Made by a program: the position numbers and the translations under genes | Shown here: positions 19,420 to 29,153 of the stretch, one piece after another | Layout of the letters: each line of letters starts with the position of its first letter | How positions within the stretch are numbered: position 1 is the stretch's first letter | Source: Candidatus Coatesbacteria bacterium | GTDB lineage: Bacteria; RBG-13-66-14 | Length of the DNA: 34,901 bases | Assembly: GCA_014728185.1 (NCBI GenBank) | Contig: WJMB01000027.1 | Span: 1-34,901 of the forward strand | Reading direction: 5' to 3' | Notes under the pieces: generated by a model | The model's input: only the letters and a program-made list of their open reading frames with translations | Told to the model about the DNA's origin: nothing | The model's database searches: none

Positions 19420-19968
19420 ATGAGCCGCATCGGTATCATCCCCATCGTCATTCCCGACAAGGTCGAGGCCAAGCTCGACGGTCGGCGGCTGACGGTCAAG
19501 GGACCCAGGGGCGAGCTGACCATGGACGTAGTCGCCCCCATCGAGGTCGCCCTCGAGGACGAGGGGCTGGTCTTCCGCCGCCCCGACGACACCCGGGACT
19601 CCAAGGCCCGCCACGGCCTGATGCGCTCCCTGGCCGACAACATGGTCAAGGGCGTCACCGAGGGTTTCGAGAAGAAGCTGGAGATCCGCGGCACCGGCTA
19701 CCGCGCCGAGGTCAAGGGCACCCAGTTGATCCTCAACGTCGGCTTCTGCCACACCGTCGACATCGATGCCCCCGACGGGATCACCTTCGCCACCGAACCC
19801 CGGGGCGACTTCACCGTGGTCACCGTCTCCGGCGCCGACAAGCAGCTCGTCGGTGAAACCGCGGCCCGCATCCGCCGCGTGCGGCCCCCCGAGCCCTACA
19901 AGGGCAAGGGCATCCGCTACGACGGCGAGTGGGTCCAGCAGAAGGCCGGCAAGGCCACCGTCAAGTAG
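19420..19968 (+). CDS. rplF: 50S ribosomal protein L6 (182 aa)
   Basis: MSRIGIIPIVIPDKVEAKLDGRRLTVKGPRGEL. Internal ATG of ORF 19285..19968 with AGGAG upstream. Confidence 0.93.
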   Translation: MSRIGIIPIVIPDKVEAKLDGRRLTVKGPRGELTMDVVAPIEVALEDEGLVFRRPDDTRDSKARHGLMRSLADNMVKGVTEGFEKKLEIRGTGYRAEVKGTQLILNVGFCHTVDIDAPDGITFATEPRGDFTVVTVSGADKQLVGETAARIRRVRPPEPYKGKGIRYDGEWVQQKAGKATVK

Positions 19969-20063
19969 GTTTTCTTCAACTCGTTCTGTAACGGTGGGTC
20001 CGCTCGGCCGGGCCCCGCGCCCCGCGGTCGCACCATCCGCCGGGGCCGACCGACAGGAGAGAG

Positions 20064-20420
20064 ATGCTCAAGAAACAGCACCTGCGCTTCCGGCGCCACG
20101 CCAGGATCCGCAAGCATGTCAGCGGGACGCCGGAGCGGCCGCGACTGGCCGTCTTCCGCTCCAACCGCCATATCTACGTCCAGCTCATCGACGACACCCG
20201 GGGCCACACCCTGGCCAGCGCCAGCACCATGGAGCTGCGCGGCGAGAAGGGCAACACGGCCAGCAACATCGCCGGAGCCGTCGAGGTGGGCCGCCTGATC
20301 GCCGAGCGGGCCAAGGCTCTGGGAGCCGAGCGCGTGGTCTTCGACCGCGGCGGCTTCCGCTATCACGGCCGCATCAAGGCCCTGGCCGACGCAGCCCGCG
20401 AGGCCGGCCTGAAGTTCTAG
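20064..20420 (+). CDS. rplR: 50S ribosomal protein L18
   Basis: Carries [20 protein letters not shown]...[26 protein letters not shown]. Confidence 0.95.
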   Translation: MLKKQHLRFRRHARIRKHVSGTPERPRLAVFRSNRHIYVQLIDDTRGHTLASASTMELRGEKGNTASNIAGAVEVGRLIAERAKALGAERVVFDRGGFRYHGRIKALADAAREAGLKF

Positions 20421-20514
20421 CTCCCGCCGGACGAAGACTCCGCTTGCGGATCGCACGCCACCGTATCCAGTTCACGGCGTCCACCGGCGCCGCCAGCACA
20501 GAGGATGTAAGACG

Positions 20515-21144
20515 ATGAGACGAGAGGATCTCCTTGGGGATCTCGAAGACCGCGTGATCACCATCAACCGGGTGGCCAAGGTCGTCAAGGGCGGCCGGCG
20601 CTTCTCCTTCAACGCTTTGGTGGTCGTCGGCGACAAGAAGGGCCGCGTGGGCTGGGGCCTGGGCAAGGCCCCCGAGGTGCCCGACGCCGTGCGCAAGGGC
20701 ATCGAGTCCGCCAAGAAGAACATGATGAAAGTGCCGATGATCGGCACCACCATCACCCACATCATCGAGGGTCACGCCGGCGCCGGCCGCGTGCTGCTCA
20801 AGCCCGCCGCCCCGGGCACCGGCGTCATCGCCGGCGGTCCGGTCCGCGACGTGCTCGAGGTGGCCGGGGTGGGCGACATCCTGACCAAGACCCTCAACAC
20901 CAACAACCCGCACAACGTGGTCCACGCCACCTTCGACGCTCTGGAGAACCTGATGAGCGTCGAGAGCGTGGCCAAGCGTCGCGGCAAGAAGCCGCGGATG
21001 CGCCACCACGGTTACTACACCTTCAAGCGCGGCGCCAAGGAGGAACGCTCCGACAAGGAGAAGAACTCCACCGAAGGCGCCGAGGAAGGGCCGATAACCT
21101 CCTACACCGCCGGCGGCGCCGGATCGAAGGAGGACGATGCCTAA
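20515..21144 (+). CDS. rpsE: 30S ribosomal protein S5 (209 aa, extended C-terminus)
   Basis: Carries [24 protein letters not shown]...[11 protein letters not shown]. About 45 extra C-terminal residues are rich in K/E/G. Confidence 0.93.
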   Translation: MRREDLLGDLEDRVITINRVAKVVKGGRRFSFNALVVVGDKKGRVGWGLGKAPEVPDAVRKGIESAKKNMMKVPMIGTTITHIIEGHAGAGRVLLKPAAPGTGVIAGGPVRDVLEVAGVGDILTKTLNTNNPHNVVHATFDALENLMSVESVAKRRGKKPRMRHHGYYTFKRGAKEERSDKEKNSTEGAEEGPITSYTAGGAGSKEDDA

Positions 21145-21457
21145 GCTCGCCATCACCCAGTTGCGCTCGGGCATCGGAGCCCTGAAGCGCCACAAGACGA
21201 CCCTGCGCACCCTGGGCCTGGGCCGCGTCAACAGCCGCGTGGTCCACGAGGACACCCCGCAGATCCGTGGCATGGTCAACGCGGTCCGGCACCTGGTCGG
21301 GATGGAGGTCGTCGATGAAGCGGCTGACGCGACTGGCACGGCCGACAAGCCCGCCGAGAGCGCCGATACCACCGCGGCCCCCGAAAGCGCCGTGGAAGAC
21401 GAGAGCGCGCCCGACGATACGGCCCTCGAGCCCGAGGGTGACGCCGACGAGGAATAA
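21137..21457 (+). CDS. rpmD: 50S ribosomal protein L30 (106 aa, acidic C-terminal extension)
   Basis: [54 protein letters not shown] is a normal L30 core. It is followed by about 45 aa rich in D/E/A/T. The ATG overlaps the rpsE 3' end by 8 nt and has GGAGG upstream. Confidence 0.85.
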   Translation: MPKLAITQLRSGIGALKRHKTTLRTLGLGRVNSRVVHEDTPQIRGMVNAVRHLVGMEVVDEAADATGTADKPAESADTTAAPESAVEDESAPDDTALEPEGDADEE

Positions 21458-21507
21458 CCAAACCAACCAGGAAACCCGTTTCCAGCTGTTTCCAGCGGAG
21501 TGAGATC

Positions 21508-21942
21508 ATGCAACTCAAGCCCTCCAACAATCGGCCCAAGCGACGGGTGGGTCGCGGTAACGGTTCGAATCGCGGCACCTTCAGCGGCCGCGGTATGAAC
21601 GGGCAGAACTCCCGCTCCGGCGGCGGCGTGCGCCGCGGCTTCGAGGGCGGCCAGATGCCCATGTTCCGCCGTCTGCCCCGGCGCGGTTTCAAGTCCCGCG
21701 TCGGACGGCTGAAGAAGTTCCACGACTACGTCAACATCGGCGAGCTCGACGACCTCGGCCTCGAGGGGGTCATCGACATCGAGGCCCTCAAGACCCGGGG
21801 ACGGGTGGCTTCCAACGCCAAGCGCGTCAAGATCCTGGGCGGCGGAGAGCTCGAGGGGGCCTACGAGGTCCACGCCCACGCCTTCAGCGCCTCGGCCCGC
21901 GCCAAGATAGAAGCCGCCGGCGGGAAGGCGGTGGTGGTCTAG
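21508..21942 (+). CDS. rplO: 50S ribosomal protein L15
   Basis: Carries KRRVGRGNGSNRGTFSGRGMNGQNSRSGGGVRRGFEGGQMPMFRRLP. Confidence 0.95.
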   Translation: MQLKPSNNRPKRRVGRGNGSNRGTFSGRGMNGQNSRSGGGVRRGFEGGQMPMFRRLPRRGFKSRVGRLKKFHDYVNIGELDDLGLEGVIDIEALKTRGRVASNAKRVKILGGGELEGAYEVHAHAFSASARAKIEAAGGKAVVV

Positions 21943-23255
21943 TGTTCAAGAGCATCCGCAACATGCTGGCCATTCCCGAGCTGCGCCAACGCATCTTCTT
22001 CACGCTGGCGATTCTCTTCGTCTACCGCATCGGCGGCCACATTCCCGCCCCCGGCGTCAACGCCGGGGCGTTGTCGGATTGGTTCAGCAGCCAGCAGGGC
22101 GGGCTCTTCGGCTTCTTCGATATGTTCGCCGGGGGCAACCTGCGCAAGGCGACCATCTTCGCCCTGGGCATCATGCCCTACATCACCGCCTCGATCATCT
22201 TCCAGCTCCTCACCGCGGTCATCCCTTCGCTGGAGAAGCTGCAGAAGGAGGGCGAGGCCGGACGCAAGAAGATCACCCAGTACACACGCTACGCCACCAT
22301 CGCCCTGGCGCTGTTGCAGAGCTTCGGCATCTCGGTCTGGCTGCAGAACTCCGTCGGCGCCGAGGTCCCCGGGCTCATCGACCCGGCCCTGGGCGTCTGG
22401 GGCTTCCGCCTGCTGGCGATGATCACCATGACGGCGGGCACGGCCTTCATCATGTGGTTGGGTGAGCAAATAACCGAACGCGGCATCGGCAACGGCATCT
22501 CGCTGATCATCTTCATCGGCATCGTGGCCCGCATCTGGCCCGACGTCCAGTCGACCATCGGCAAGATCACCTTCAACGAGACCAACATCGTCAACACCCT
22601 GATCCTGCTCATCGTCATGGTGCTGGTGGTTGCCGGGGTCGTGATGATCCAGCAGGGCCAGCGGCGCATCCGCGTCCAGTACGCCAAGCGTATCGTCGGC
22701 CGCAAGGTCTACGGCGGCCAGACCACCCACATCCCGCTGCGTGTCAACACCGCCGGCGTCATCCCGATCATCTTCGCCAGCGCGCTGATCATGCTGCCCA
22801 ACACCATCCTGATGTTCACCGACGCCGAGTGGCTGCGCACCCTGCAGAGCTGGCTGATGCCCGGCGAACCGCTCTACATGGTGCTCTACGCGGGACTGAT
22901 CATCTTCTTCAGCTACTTCTACACCGCCATCGTGCTCAACCCGGCCGACCTGGCCGACAACATCAAGAAGTACGGCGGCTTCATTCCGGGCATCAAGCCG
23001 GGCAAGAAGACCGAAGCCTTCATCGACCGCATCCTGACCCGGATCACCCTGGCGGGCTCGGTCTTCCTGGCCGTGATCGCCCTGCTGCCCATCGTGATGT
23101 CGATGATCTTCCAGGCCCCCTTCTCCTTCGGCGGCACGGGCCTGCTGATCGTGGTCGGCGTGGCCCTGGACACCATGCGCCAGATCGAGAGCCACATGCT
23201 GATGCGGCACTACGACGGTTTCCTGAAGAAGGGACGCATCCGCGGACGCCGCTGA
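21942..23255 (+). CDS. secY: Preprotein translocase subunit SecY
   Basis: 437 aa, multi-TM. Carries LGIMPYITASIIFQLL and GEQITERGIGNGISLIIF. The GTG overlaps the rplO stop by 1 nt. Confidence 0.96.
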   Translation: MFKSIRNMLAIPELRQRIFFTLAILFVYRIGGHIPAPGVNAGALSDWFSSQQGGLFGFFDMFAGGNLRKATIFALGIMPYITASIIFQLLTAVIPSLEKLQKEGEAGRKKITQYTRYATIALALLQSFGISVWLQNSVGAEVPGLIDPALGVWGFRLLAMITMTAGTAFIMWLGEQITERGIGNGISLIIFIGIVARIWPDVQSTIGKITFNETNIVNTLILLIVMVLVVAGVVMIQQGQRRIRVQYAKRIVGRKVYGGQTTHIPLRVNTAGVIPIIFASALIMLPNTILMFTDAEWLRTLQSWLMPGEPLYMVLYAGLIIFFSYFYTAIVLNPADLADNIKKYGGFIPGIKPGKKTEAFIDRILTRITLAGSVFLAVIALLPIVMSMIFQAPFSFGGTGLLIVVGVALDTMRQIESHMLMRHYDGFLKKGRIRGRR

Positions 23256-23385
23256 CGGACCCTTTTCGTCACTGTCGCGGACAGCCTGCGGGCCGGAATC
23301 GCCATCCGAACGGTCCGCGGGCTTTCTGCCACCGGGTGGATCCGACCAGGCGGCCCGAGCCGTCGCCCCAGCCAACGAGAACTCC

Positions 23386-24081
23386 ATGACACCAGCCGCC
23401 ACATCAGCCCTCGGCTTCGTCCTTTTGGGGCCTCCCGGCGCCGGCAAGGGCACCGTGGCCAAGCTGCTGGCCCGCCGCCGCGGGATGATCCACCTCTCCA
23501 CCGGCGATCTGATCCGCGCGGCCATCGCCGCCGGGGACGAGCTGGGCCGTCGCGTCGAGGACGTGGTGGCCTCCGGCGGACTGGTCGACGACGACACCGT
23601 CGAGGAGCTGCTGCGCCGCCGCCTGGAGTCCACCGCCGGAGCCACTTTCCTTTTCGACGGCTACCCGCGCAACCTCAACCAGGCCGAACGCCTGGAGCGC
23701 CTCCTCACCGAGGCCGAGGGGCGCCTGGCCGGCGCGGTGGCCCTCGAGGTGCCCGCCGACGAGGTCGTGCGTCGCCTGAGCGCCCGGCTGGGCTGTCCGG
23801 TCTGCGGACGGGCCTACAACCTGATCACCAAGCCGCCGCGCAACGACCGCCGCTGCGACGCCGACGACGCCGAGCTGGTCCAGCGTCCCGACGACGATCC
23901 CGAGACGGTGCGCCGCCGCCTGGAGGTCTACGCCGAGAAGACCGCCCCGGTCCTCGACTACTACGCCGACCGGGAGCGCCTCCACGCCGTTTCCGGCGTG
24001 GGAGCCATCGAGGATGTCTACGAGCGCGCCGCCGCCGTGATCGAAAAGCTCCTGACCGAGAACACCGGGGAGGAACGATGA
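23386..24081 (+). CDS. adk: Adenylate kinase (Zn-type lid: CxxC...CxxD)
   Basis: LLGPPGAGKGT P-loop, LSTGDLIR, FLFDGYPRN, and lid CPVCGRAYN...RCDADD. Confidence 0.92.
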   Translation: MTPAATSALGFVLLGPPGAGKGTVAKLLARRRGMIHLSTGDLIRAAIAAGDELGRRVEDVVASGGLVDDDTVEELLRRRLESTAGATFLFDGYPRNLNQAERLERLLTEAEGRLAGAVALEVPADEVVRRLSARLGCPVCGRAYNLITKPPRNDRRCDADDAELVQRPDDDPETVRRRLEVYAEKTAPVLDYYADRERLHAVSGVGAIEDVYERAAAVIEKLLTENTGEER

Positions 24082-24845
24082 CCGCGGCGGGCTACCGCGA
24101 TAAGCTGGCGGCGATGCGTCGCAGCGGCGCGGTGGTCGCCCGGGCCCTGGAGCTCTGCAAGGAGCTGGTCGAACCCGGCCGCCGAACCGGCGAGATCGAC
24201 GCCCGCGTCGAGGAGCTGATCCGCTCCGCCGGAGCCCGGCCCAGCTTCAAGGGCTACAACGGCTTTCCGGCCAGTGTCTGCATCTCGATCAACGAGCAGG
24301 TTGTCCACGGCATCCCCGGTGAGCGCCGCCTGGAGGAGGGCGAGATCGTCAGTCTCGACGTCGGCGCCTTCCTCGGAGGCTACCACGGCGACGCCGCCCT
24401 GACCATCGGCGTGGGCGAGATTTCCGACGAGGCCCGCCGCCTGATGCTGGTGACCTACCAGTGCCTCGAAGCCGCCGTGGCCCAGTCCCGACCGGGCAAC
24501 CGCATCGGCGACATCGGCGCCGCCGTCCAGAGCTGGGCCGAGGAGGCCGGCTACCAGGTCGTGCGCGACTTCACCGGCCACGGCATCGGCCGCAAGCTCC
24601 ACGAACGGCCCCAGGTGCCCAACTTCGGCCGCCCGGGCACCGGCTACCGCCTGCGCCCCGGCGACGCCGTCGCCATCGAGCCGATGGTCAACGCCGGCAC
24701 TCTGGCCGTCAAGGTCCTGCCCGACAACTGGACCGTGGTCACCTACGACGGCAGCCTCAGCGCCCACTACGAACGCACCGTCTTCATCACCGACGAGGGC
24801 TGCGAGGTCACCACACCCTGGAGCCGGCGGGGGGTTCTGGACTAG
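24078..24845 (+). CDS. map: Methionine aminopeptidase, type I
   Basis: Carries GYNGFPASVCISINEQVVHGIP...SLDVGA...GHGIGRKLHE...IEPMVN...HYERTV. ATGA overlap with adk. Confidence 0.95.
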   Translation: MTAAGYRDKLAAMRRSGAVVARALELCKELVEPGRRTGEIDARVEELIRSAGARPSFKGYNGFPASVCISINEQVVHGIPGERRLEEGEIVSLDVGAFLGGYHGDAALTIGVGEISDEARRLMLVTYQCLEAAVAQSRPGNRIGDIGAAVQSWAEEAGYQVVRDFTGHGIGRKLHERPQVPNFGRPGTGYRLRPGDAVAIEPMVNAGTLAVKVLPDNWTVVTYDGSLSAHYERTVFITDEGCEVTTPWSRRGVLD

Positions 24846-24895
24846 CCGGGCGGGAATGGCGCGGGTTTCCCCCTGCAAAAAGCGGGCCAACTATC

Positions 24896-24925
24896 TTGAC
24901 TTCCGGTCCCGCGCTGTCTTACACT
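24896..24925 (+). promoter_or_regulatory. sigma-70-type promoter candidate upstream of infA
   Basis: TTGACT (24896-24901), 18-nt spacer, TACACT (24920-24925). Confidence 0.35.
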
Positions 24926-25079
24926 TGCCGCCCGCGCAAGTGCAACTCCAGCAAGTACCCGCTAACGTGACGAATCTCACTCCCGCGGGCAATAGCTCGG
25001 CGCTAACGGGAAGAACCAGTCGGCTTCAACCAACCGGATAGAAGCAGCCTGTCGCAACCAAGGGAAAAACGGGATCAAG

Positions 25080-25298
25080 ATGGCCAAAGAAGACGTCATC
25101 CAGGTCGAGGGAGTGGTCACCAAGGCGCTGCCCAACGCCATGTTCCGCGTCAAGCTGGACAACGGGCGCAGCATCCTGGCCCACATCTGCGGGAAGATGC
25201 GAATGAACTTTGTGCGCATCCTGCCCGGCGACCGGGTCCGCGTCGAGGTCACACCGTACGATCTGACCAAGGGCCGCATCACCTGGCGCTTCAAGTAG
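25080..25298 (+). CDS. infA: Translation initiation factor IF-1
   Basis: [29 protein letters not shown]...[16 protein letters not shown]. Confidence 0.97.
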   Translation: MAKEDVIQVEGVVTKALPNAMFRVKLDNGRSILAHICGKMRMNFVRILPGDRVRVEVTPYDLTKGRITWRFK

Positions 25299-25721
25299 TA
25301 CGGACGACGAGGCTGCGAAGACGCAGCACGGCCGACGGCCGTCAATTAGCGCCATCCAGACGGTCCCTCTCCGGCGCGGCTTCCCGTCAATCACAGCAGG
25401 CTGCCGGTTTGGCGGCTGATCGTTGGAATCGGGCTCCCCATGACCATTGGACCATTGTCCGGACACCTAGACTCGGACGGCGGGCGGTAATCAACTGATC
25501 CAACAGCCGTATTTGTACGAACGCGTCGTTATCTTGTTTTCAATCCAAGCGCCTTTATTCAAAGCCTGAATCTCAGAGCCGTCATCCCGCTCTGGTTGCG
25601 GTACCACCGTGAGCAGCGCCCCAACGTATCAAAGAAACACAAGGCGCACACCGCTTTCATAGCATATTTACCGCTCCGGCCGCCGCCGCGGCCCATCGAG
25701 CGCTAACGCGAGGTAACCGCC

Positions 25722-25835
25722 ATGAAGGTACGCAGCTCAGTCAAACCGATTTGCGACAAGTGTCGCATCGTCAAGCGCCACGGCGTCGTGCGCGTGATCT
25801 GCAAGAATCCACGCCACAAGCAGCGCCAGGGCTAG
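25722..25835 (+). CDS. rpmJ: 50S ribosomal protein L36 (37 aa, zinc form)
   Basis: Not in the ORF track (under 60 aa). Hand translation gives [37 protein letters not shown], with AGGTAA upstream. Confidence 0.9.
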   Translation: MKVRSSVKPICDKCRIVKRHGVVRVICKNPRHKQRQG

Positions 25836-25883
25836 GGCGTTTCCGCCTCCGGGCGGAAGCCCGTGCGATTTTAAAGGAGTAAG

Positions 25884-26255
25884 ATGGCCCGTATCGCCGG
25901 GGTCGACCTGCCGCGCGACAAGCATATCTCCATAAGCCTGACCTACATCTTCGGCATCGGCCGCACCAGCGCCGTGGAGATCTGCCGCAAGGCCGAACTC
26001 GATCCTTCAACCAAGACCCGGGACCTCACCGACGAGGAAATCACCCGCATCCGCCAGGTCATCGAGGCCGACTACAACGTCGAGGGCGCCCTGCGCGGCC
26101 AGGTGGCCCGTAACATCAAGCGCCTGATGGCCATCAACTGCTACCGTGGCCTGCGCCACAAGCGGGGCCTGCCGGCCCACGGCCAGCGCACCCGCACCAA
26201 CGCCCGCACCCGCAAGGGTCCCAAGCGCACCGTGGGAGCCAAGCGCAAGCAGTAA
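25884..26255 (+). CDS. rpsM: 30S ribosomal protein S13
   Basis: [30 protein letters not shown]...[21 protein letters not shown]. Confidence 0.97.
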   Translation: MARIAGVDLPRDKHISISLTYIFGIGRTSAVEICRKAELDPSTKTRDLTDEEITRIRQVIEADYNVEGALRGQVARNIKRLMAINCYRGLRHKRGLPAHGQRTRTNARTRKGPKRTVGAKRKQ

Positions 26256-26374
26256 GGCCCGCGGTAATCCGAAGAGAAGCACCAACCGGTTTACAACCGG
26301 CCCGCCGACGCCATGGAGGCCGGCCGGCAAGCGACAAGCGCTATTCCGCTTACAGAAGCGAAGAGAGGGAAGCT

Positions 26375-26761
26375 ATGGCTCGCCGCCGCCGCCGCTCGGT
26401 CAAACTCACCGAGGGCAACCCCGAGGGGATCATCAACATCCGCTCCTCGTTCAACAACACGATCATCTCCGTGACCTCCCTGGACGGCCGGGTCATCGGC
26501 TGGGGCAGCTCCGGCACCTCGGGCTTCAAGGGATCGAAGAAGTCGACCCCCTTCGCCGCCCAGGTCACCGCCGATATCTGCGCCAAGAAGGCCCTCGATT
26601 CCGGCATCCGCAAGGTCGAAGTCCACATCAAGGGTCCGGGGTCCGGTCGCGAATCGGCCATCCGCGCCCTCTCGGCCGCCGGACTCGGCATCACCGCCAT
26701 CAAGGACATCACCAGCGTGCCCCACAACGGCTGCCGCCCCAAGAAGCGGCGCCGTCTCTAG
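26375..26761 (+). CDS. rpsK: 30S ribosomal protein S11
   Basis: Carries [15 protein letters not shown]...[14 protein letters not shown]...[17 protein letters not shown]. Confidence 0.97.
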   Translation: MARRRRRSVKLTEGNPEGIINIRSSFNNTIISVTSLDGRVIGWGSSGTSGFKGSKKSTPFAAQVTADICAKKALDSGIRKVEVHIKGPGSGRESAIRALSAAGLGITAIKDITSVPHNGCRPKKRRRL

Positions 26762-26778
26762 CCCCGGAGGACCCCCCT

Positions 26779-27405
26779 TTGGCTCGTTACACCGGACCCA
26801 AGTGCAAGCTCTGCCGCCGCGAGGGTGTCAAGCTCTACCTCAAGGGACAGCGCTGCAACAGCAACAAGTGCGCCATGGAGCGCCGCCCGGACCCCCCGGG
26901 CATGCACGGACGCCGCCGCCGCCGCCGCTCGTCGTCCTACGGCCTGCAGTTGCGCGAGAAGCAGCGCATCCGCCGCACCTACGGCCTGCTCGAAGCCCAG
27001 TTCTTCAACTTTTACAAGAAGGCCGAGCAGTCCAAGGGCATCACCGGCCACAACCTGCTGATCATGCTCGAGACCCGGCTGGACAACGTCCTGTTCCGCT
27101 CCGGCTTCGTGGCCACCCGTCAGCAGGCCCGGCAGCTCATCCGCCACGGCCACGTCTCGGTCGACGGTCGCAAGGTCGACATCCCCAGCCAGATCATCGA
27201 CCCCGAAGAGACCGTCCGGGTGCGCGAGAAATCGGGCATGGTGCCCCAGATAAAGTTCCGTCTGGAGAAGCTCCAGCCCCAGGCCGTCAACTGGCTCGAG
27301 GTCGACAACAAGAAGCTGGAGATCAAGGTCGCCCGGCGGCCCCAGCGCGACGACATCGCCCTGCCCTTCAACGAGCAGTTGGTCGTCGAGCTTTACTCCC
27401 GCTAA
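26779..27405 (+). CDS. rpsD: 30S ribosomal protein S4 (208 aa, Zn-finger N-terminus)
   Basis: ARYTGPKCKLCRREGVKLYLKGQRCNSNKC...YGLQLREKQ. TTG 26779 lies 8 nt after GGAGG. It is in frame inside the long junk ORF 26146..27405. Confidence 0.92.
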   Translation: MARYTGPKCKLCRREGVKLYLKGQRCNSNKCAMERRPDPPGMHGRRRRRRSSSYGLQLREKQRIRRTYGLLEAQFFNFYKKAEQSKGITGHNLLIMLETRLDNVLFRSGFVATRQQARQLIRHGHVSVDGRKVDIPSQIIDPEETVRVREKSGMVPQIKFRLEKLQPQAVNWLEVDNKKLEIKVARRPQRDDIALPFNEQLVVELYSR

Positions 27406-27541
27406 TCCTATCCGTTCGTTCCGGGTACGACGACGCCTCCCGTCGTCTACCCGTTTAACCTTACATATGGCATACGCCGACCGCCGCCCGACCCGCCCCA
27501 GGTGAAAGGCGGCCGATGGCGGCAGATTCGGGGCTCAGACG

Positions 27542-28552
27542 ATGATCATCGGCAAGGTTCTCGAAACCGACGTCAAAGTTCAAATAATCCGGGACGATGA
27601 AAACCCCCACCGGGCTCAGTTCATCTTCGAGCCACTGGCCTCGGGGTTCGGCACCACCGTGGGCAACGCCCTGCGCCGGGTGCTCTTGTCCAGTCTAAGC
27701 TCCTACTCCGTCACCGCGGTGCGCGTCGAGGGACTCAGCAACGACAAGCGCTACGACGCCAAGCACGAATACGACACCCTGCAGGGCGTCGTCGAGGACG
27801 TCTCCGACATTATCCTCAACCTGCGCCAGGTCGTTTTCTCCACCAAGCTCAACACCGACGAGCCCCAGGTGGTCAGTGTGCGTGCCGAGGGACCCCACGA
27901 GATCACCGCCGCCGACCTCAACCTCCCCGGCGGATTCTCCGTGCTCAACCCCGACTGCTACATCGCCGGACTCGACGACGACGGCGTCCTCGAGATGGAG
28001 ATGCTGCTGATGAAGGGCCGGGGCTACCTGACCGCCCACGACATAGAACTGCCCGAGGAGTACGACTTCCTGGGCCTGATCCCCATCGACGCCGTCTTCA
28101 CACCCATCCGCAAGATCAACTACACCGTCGAGGAAACCCGGGTGGGGCAGATGACCAACTTCGATAAACTCATCCTCGAGATCGTCACCGACGGCAGCCT
28201 ATCTCCCCAGGAAGCCCTCGAGCGGGCAGCCGCCATCCTGATCGGCTTCTTCTCCATCATCAGCTCCGCCGAGGCCCGCAAGACACCCGAAGAGGAACGC
28301 CTCGACGAAGAGCGCCGTCGGATGGCCGAACTGCTCGCCCGACCCGTCAGCGACCTAGAACTCTCCGTGCGCTCGGCCAACTGCCTCAAGGCCGCCCAGA
28401 TCAACACCCTGGGTGACCTGGTCCAGAAATCCGAAAACGAGCTGCTCCAGTACCGCAACTTCGGCAAGAAATCCCTGGCCGAGATCCAGGAGTTCCTCGC
28501 CGGCTACGGTCTTGACCTGGGGATGGATACCAGCATATATACCGAAAGCTAA
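27542..28552 (+). CDS. rpoA: DNA-directed RNA polymerase subunit alpha
   Basis: Carries [24 protein letters not shown], plus C-terminal-domain [23 protein letters not shown]...[10 protein letters not shown]. Confidence 0.96.
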   Translation: MIIGKVLETDVKVQIIRDDENPHRAQFIFEPLASGFGTTVGNALRRVLLSSLSSYSVTAVRVEGLSNDKRYDAKHEYDTLQGVVEDVSDIILNLRQVVFSTKLNTDEPQVVSVRAEGPHEITAADLNLPGGFSVLNPDCYIAGLDDDGVLEMEMLLMKGRGYLTAHDIELPEEYDFLGLIPIDAVFTPIRKINYTVEETRVGQMTNFDKLILEIVTDGSLSPQEALERAAAILIGFFSIISSAEARKTPEEERLDEERRRMAELLARPVSDLELSVRSANCLKAAQINTLGDLVQKSENELLQYRNFGKKSLAEIQEFLAGYGLDLGMDTSIYTES

Positions 28553-28597
28553 AGCGGATTCCCGCTTTCCTACTCAAGCGCTTCGACAGGAACTCCC

Positions 28598-29011
28598 ATG
28601 AGACACCGTAAAAGCGGCTACAAACTGGGCCGCAACGCCAGCCACCGCCGGGCGCTGATGCGCAACCTCTGCCGGGCCCTGATCCGCCACGAGCGGATCG
28701 AAACCACCCACACCAAGGCCAAGGCCCTCAAGAGCTACGCCGACCGCCTCTTCGCACGCGGACGCGCCGGAGACACCGCCGCCCACCGCGCCGTCTACGC
28801 CGGCCTGGCCGGTGACCGCAAGGTCACCCGCAAGTTCTTCAACGACGTCCTGCCCCGCTACGACGGGCGCAGCGGCGGCTTCGTCCGCATAATACCCCGC
28901 GGCTTCCGCCGCGGCGACGGAGCCGACATCTCCTACGTCGAACTCTGCGAGATGGCCCCCGATTTCGCCGAACCCCGGGTCATCAAGCTCAAGAAGAAGA
29001 TCACCGAGTAG
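28598..29011 (+). CDS. rplQ: 50S ribosomal protein L17
   Basis: MRHRKSGYKLGRNASHRRALMRNLCRALIRHERIETT. Confidence 0.95.
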   Translation: MRHRKSGYKLGRNASHRRALMRNLCRALIRHERIETTHTKAKALKSYADRLFARGRAGDTAAHRAVYAGLAGDRKVTRKFFNDVLPRYDGRSGGFVRIIPRGFRRGDGADISYVELCEMAPDFAEPRVIKLKKKITE

Positions 29012-29061
29012 TCCGAACCTGCCGCACCCACCACACCCCGCGGCGCGCAAGTTGGGACTGC

Positions 29062-29152
29062 GGAGGGCTAGTCCTAACTGGTAAGGCAGCGGACTTGAAA
29101 TCCGCCGGGCTCCACAAAGCCCTTGCAGGTTCGAATCCTGTGCCCTCCGCCA
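29062..29152 (+). tRNA. tRNA-Ser (anticodon UGA)
   Basis: Hand-folded. Acceptor GGAGGGC/GCCCTCC plus G-CCA, anticodon arm GCGGA-CTTGAAA-TCCGC, long variable arm (GGGCT...AGCCC), and T-arm with GGTTCGAATCC. Confidence 0.85.
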
Positions 29153-29153
29153 A

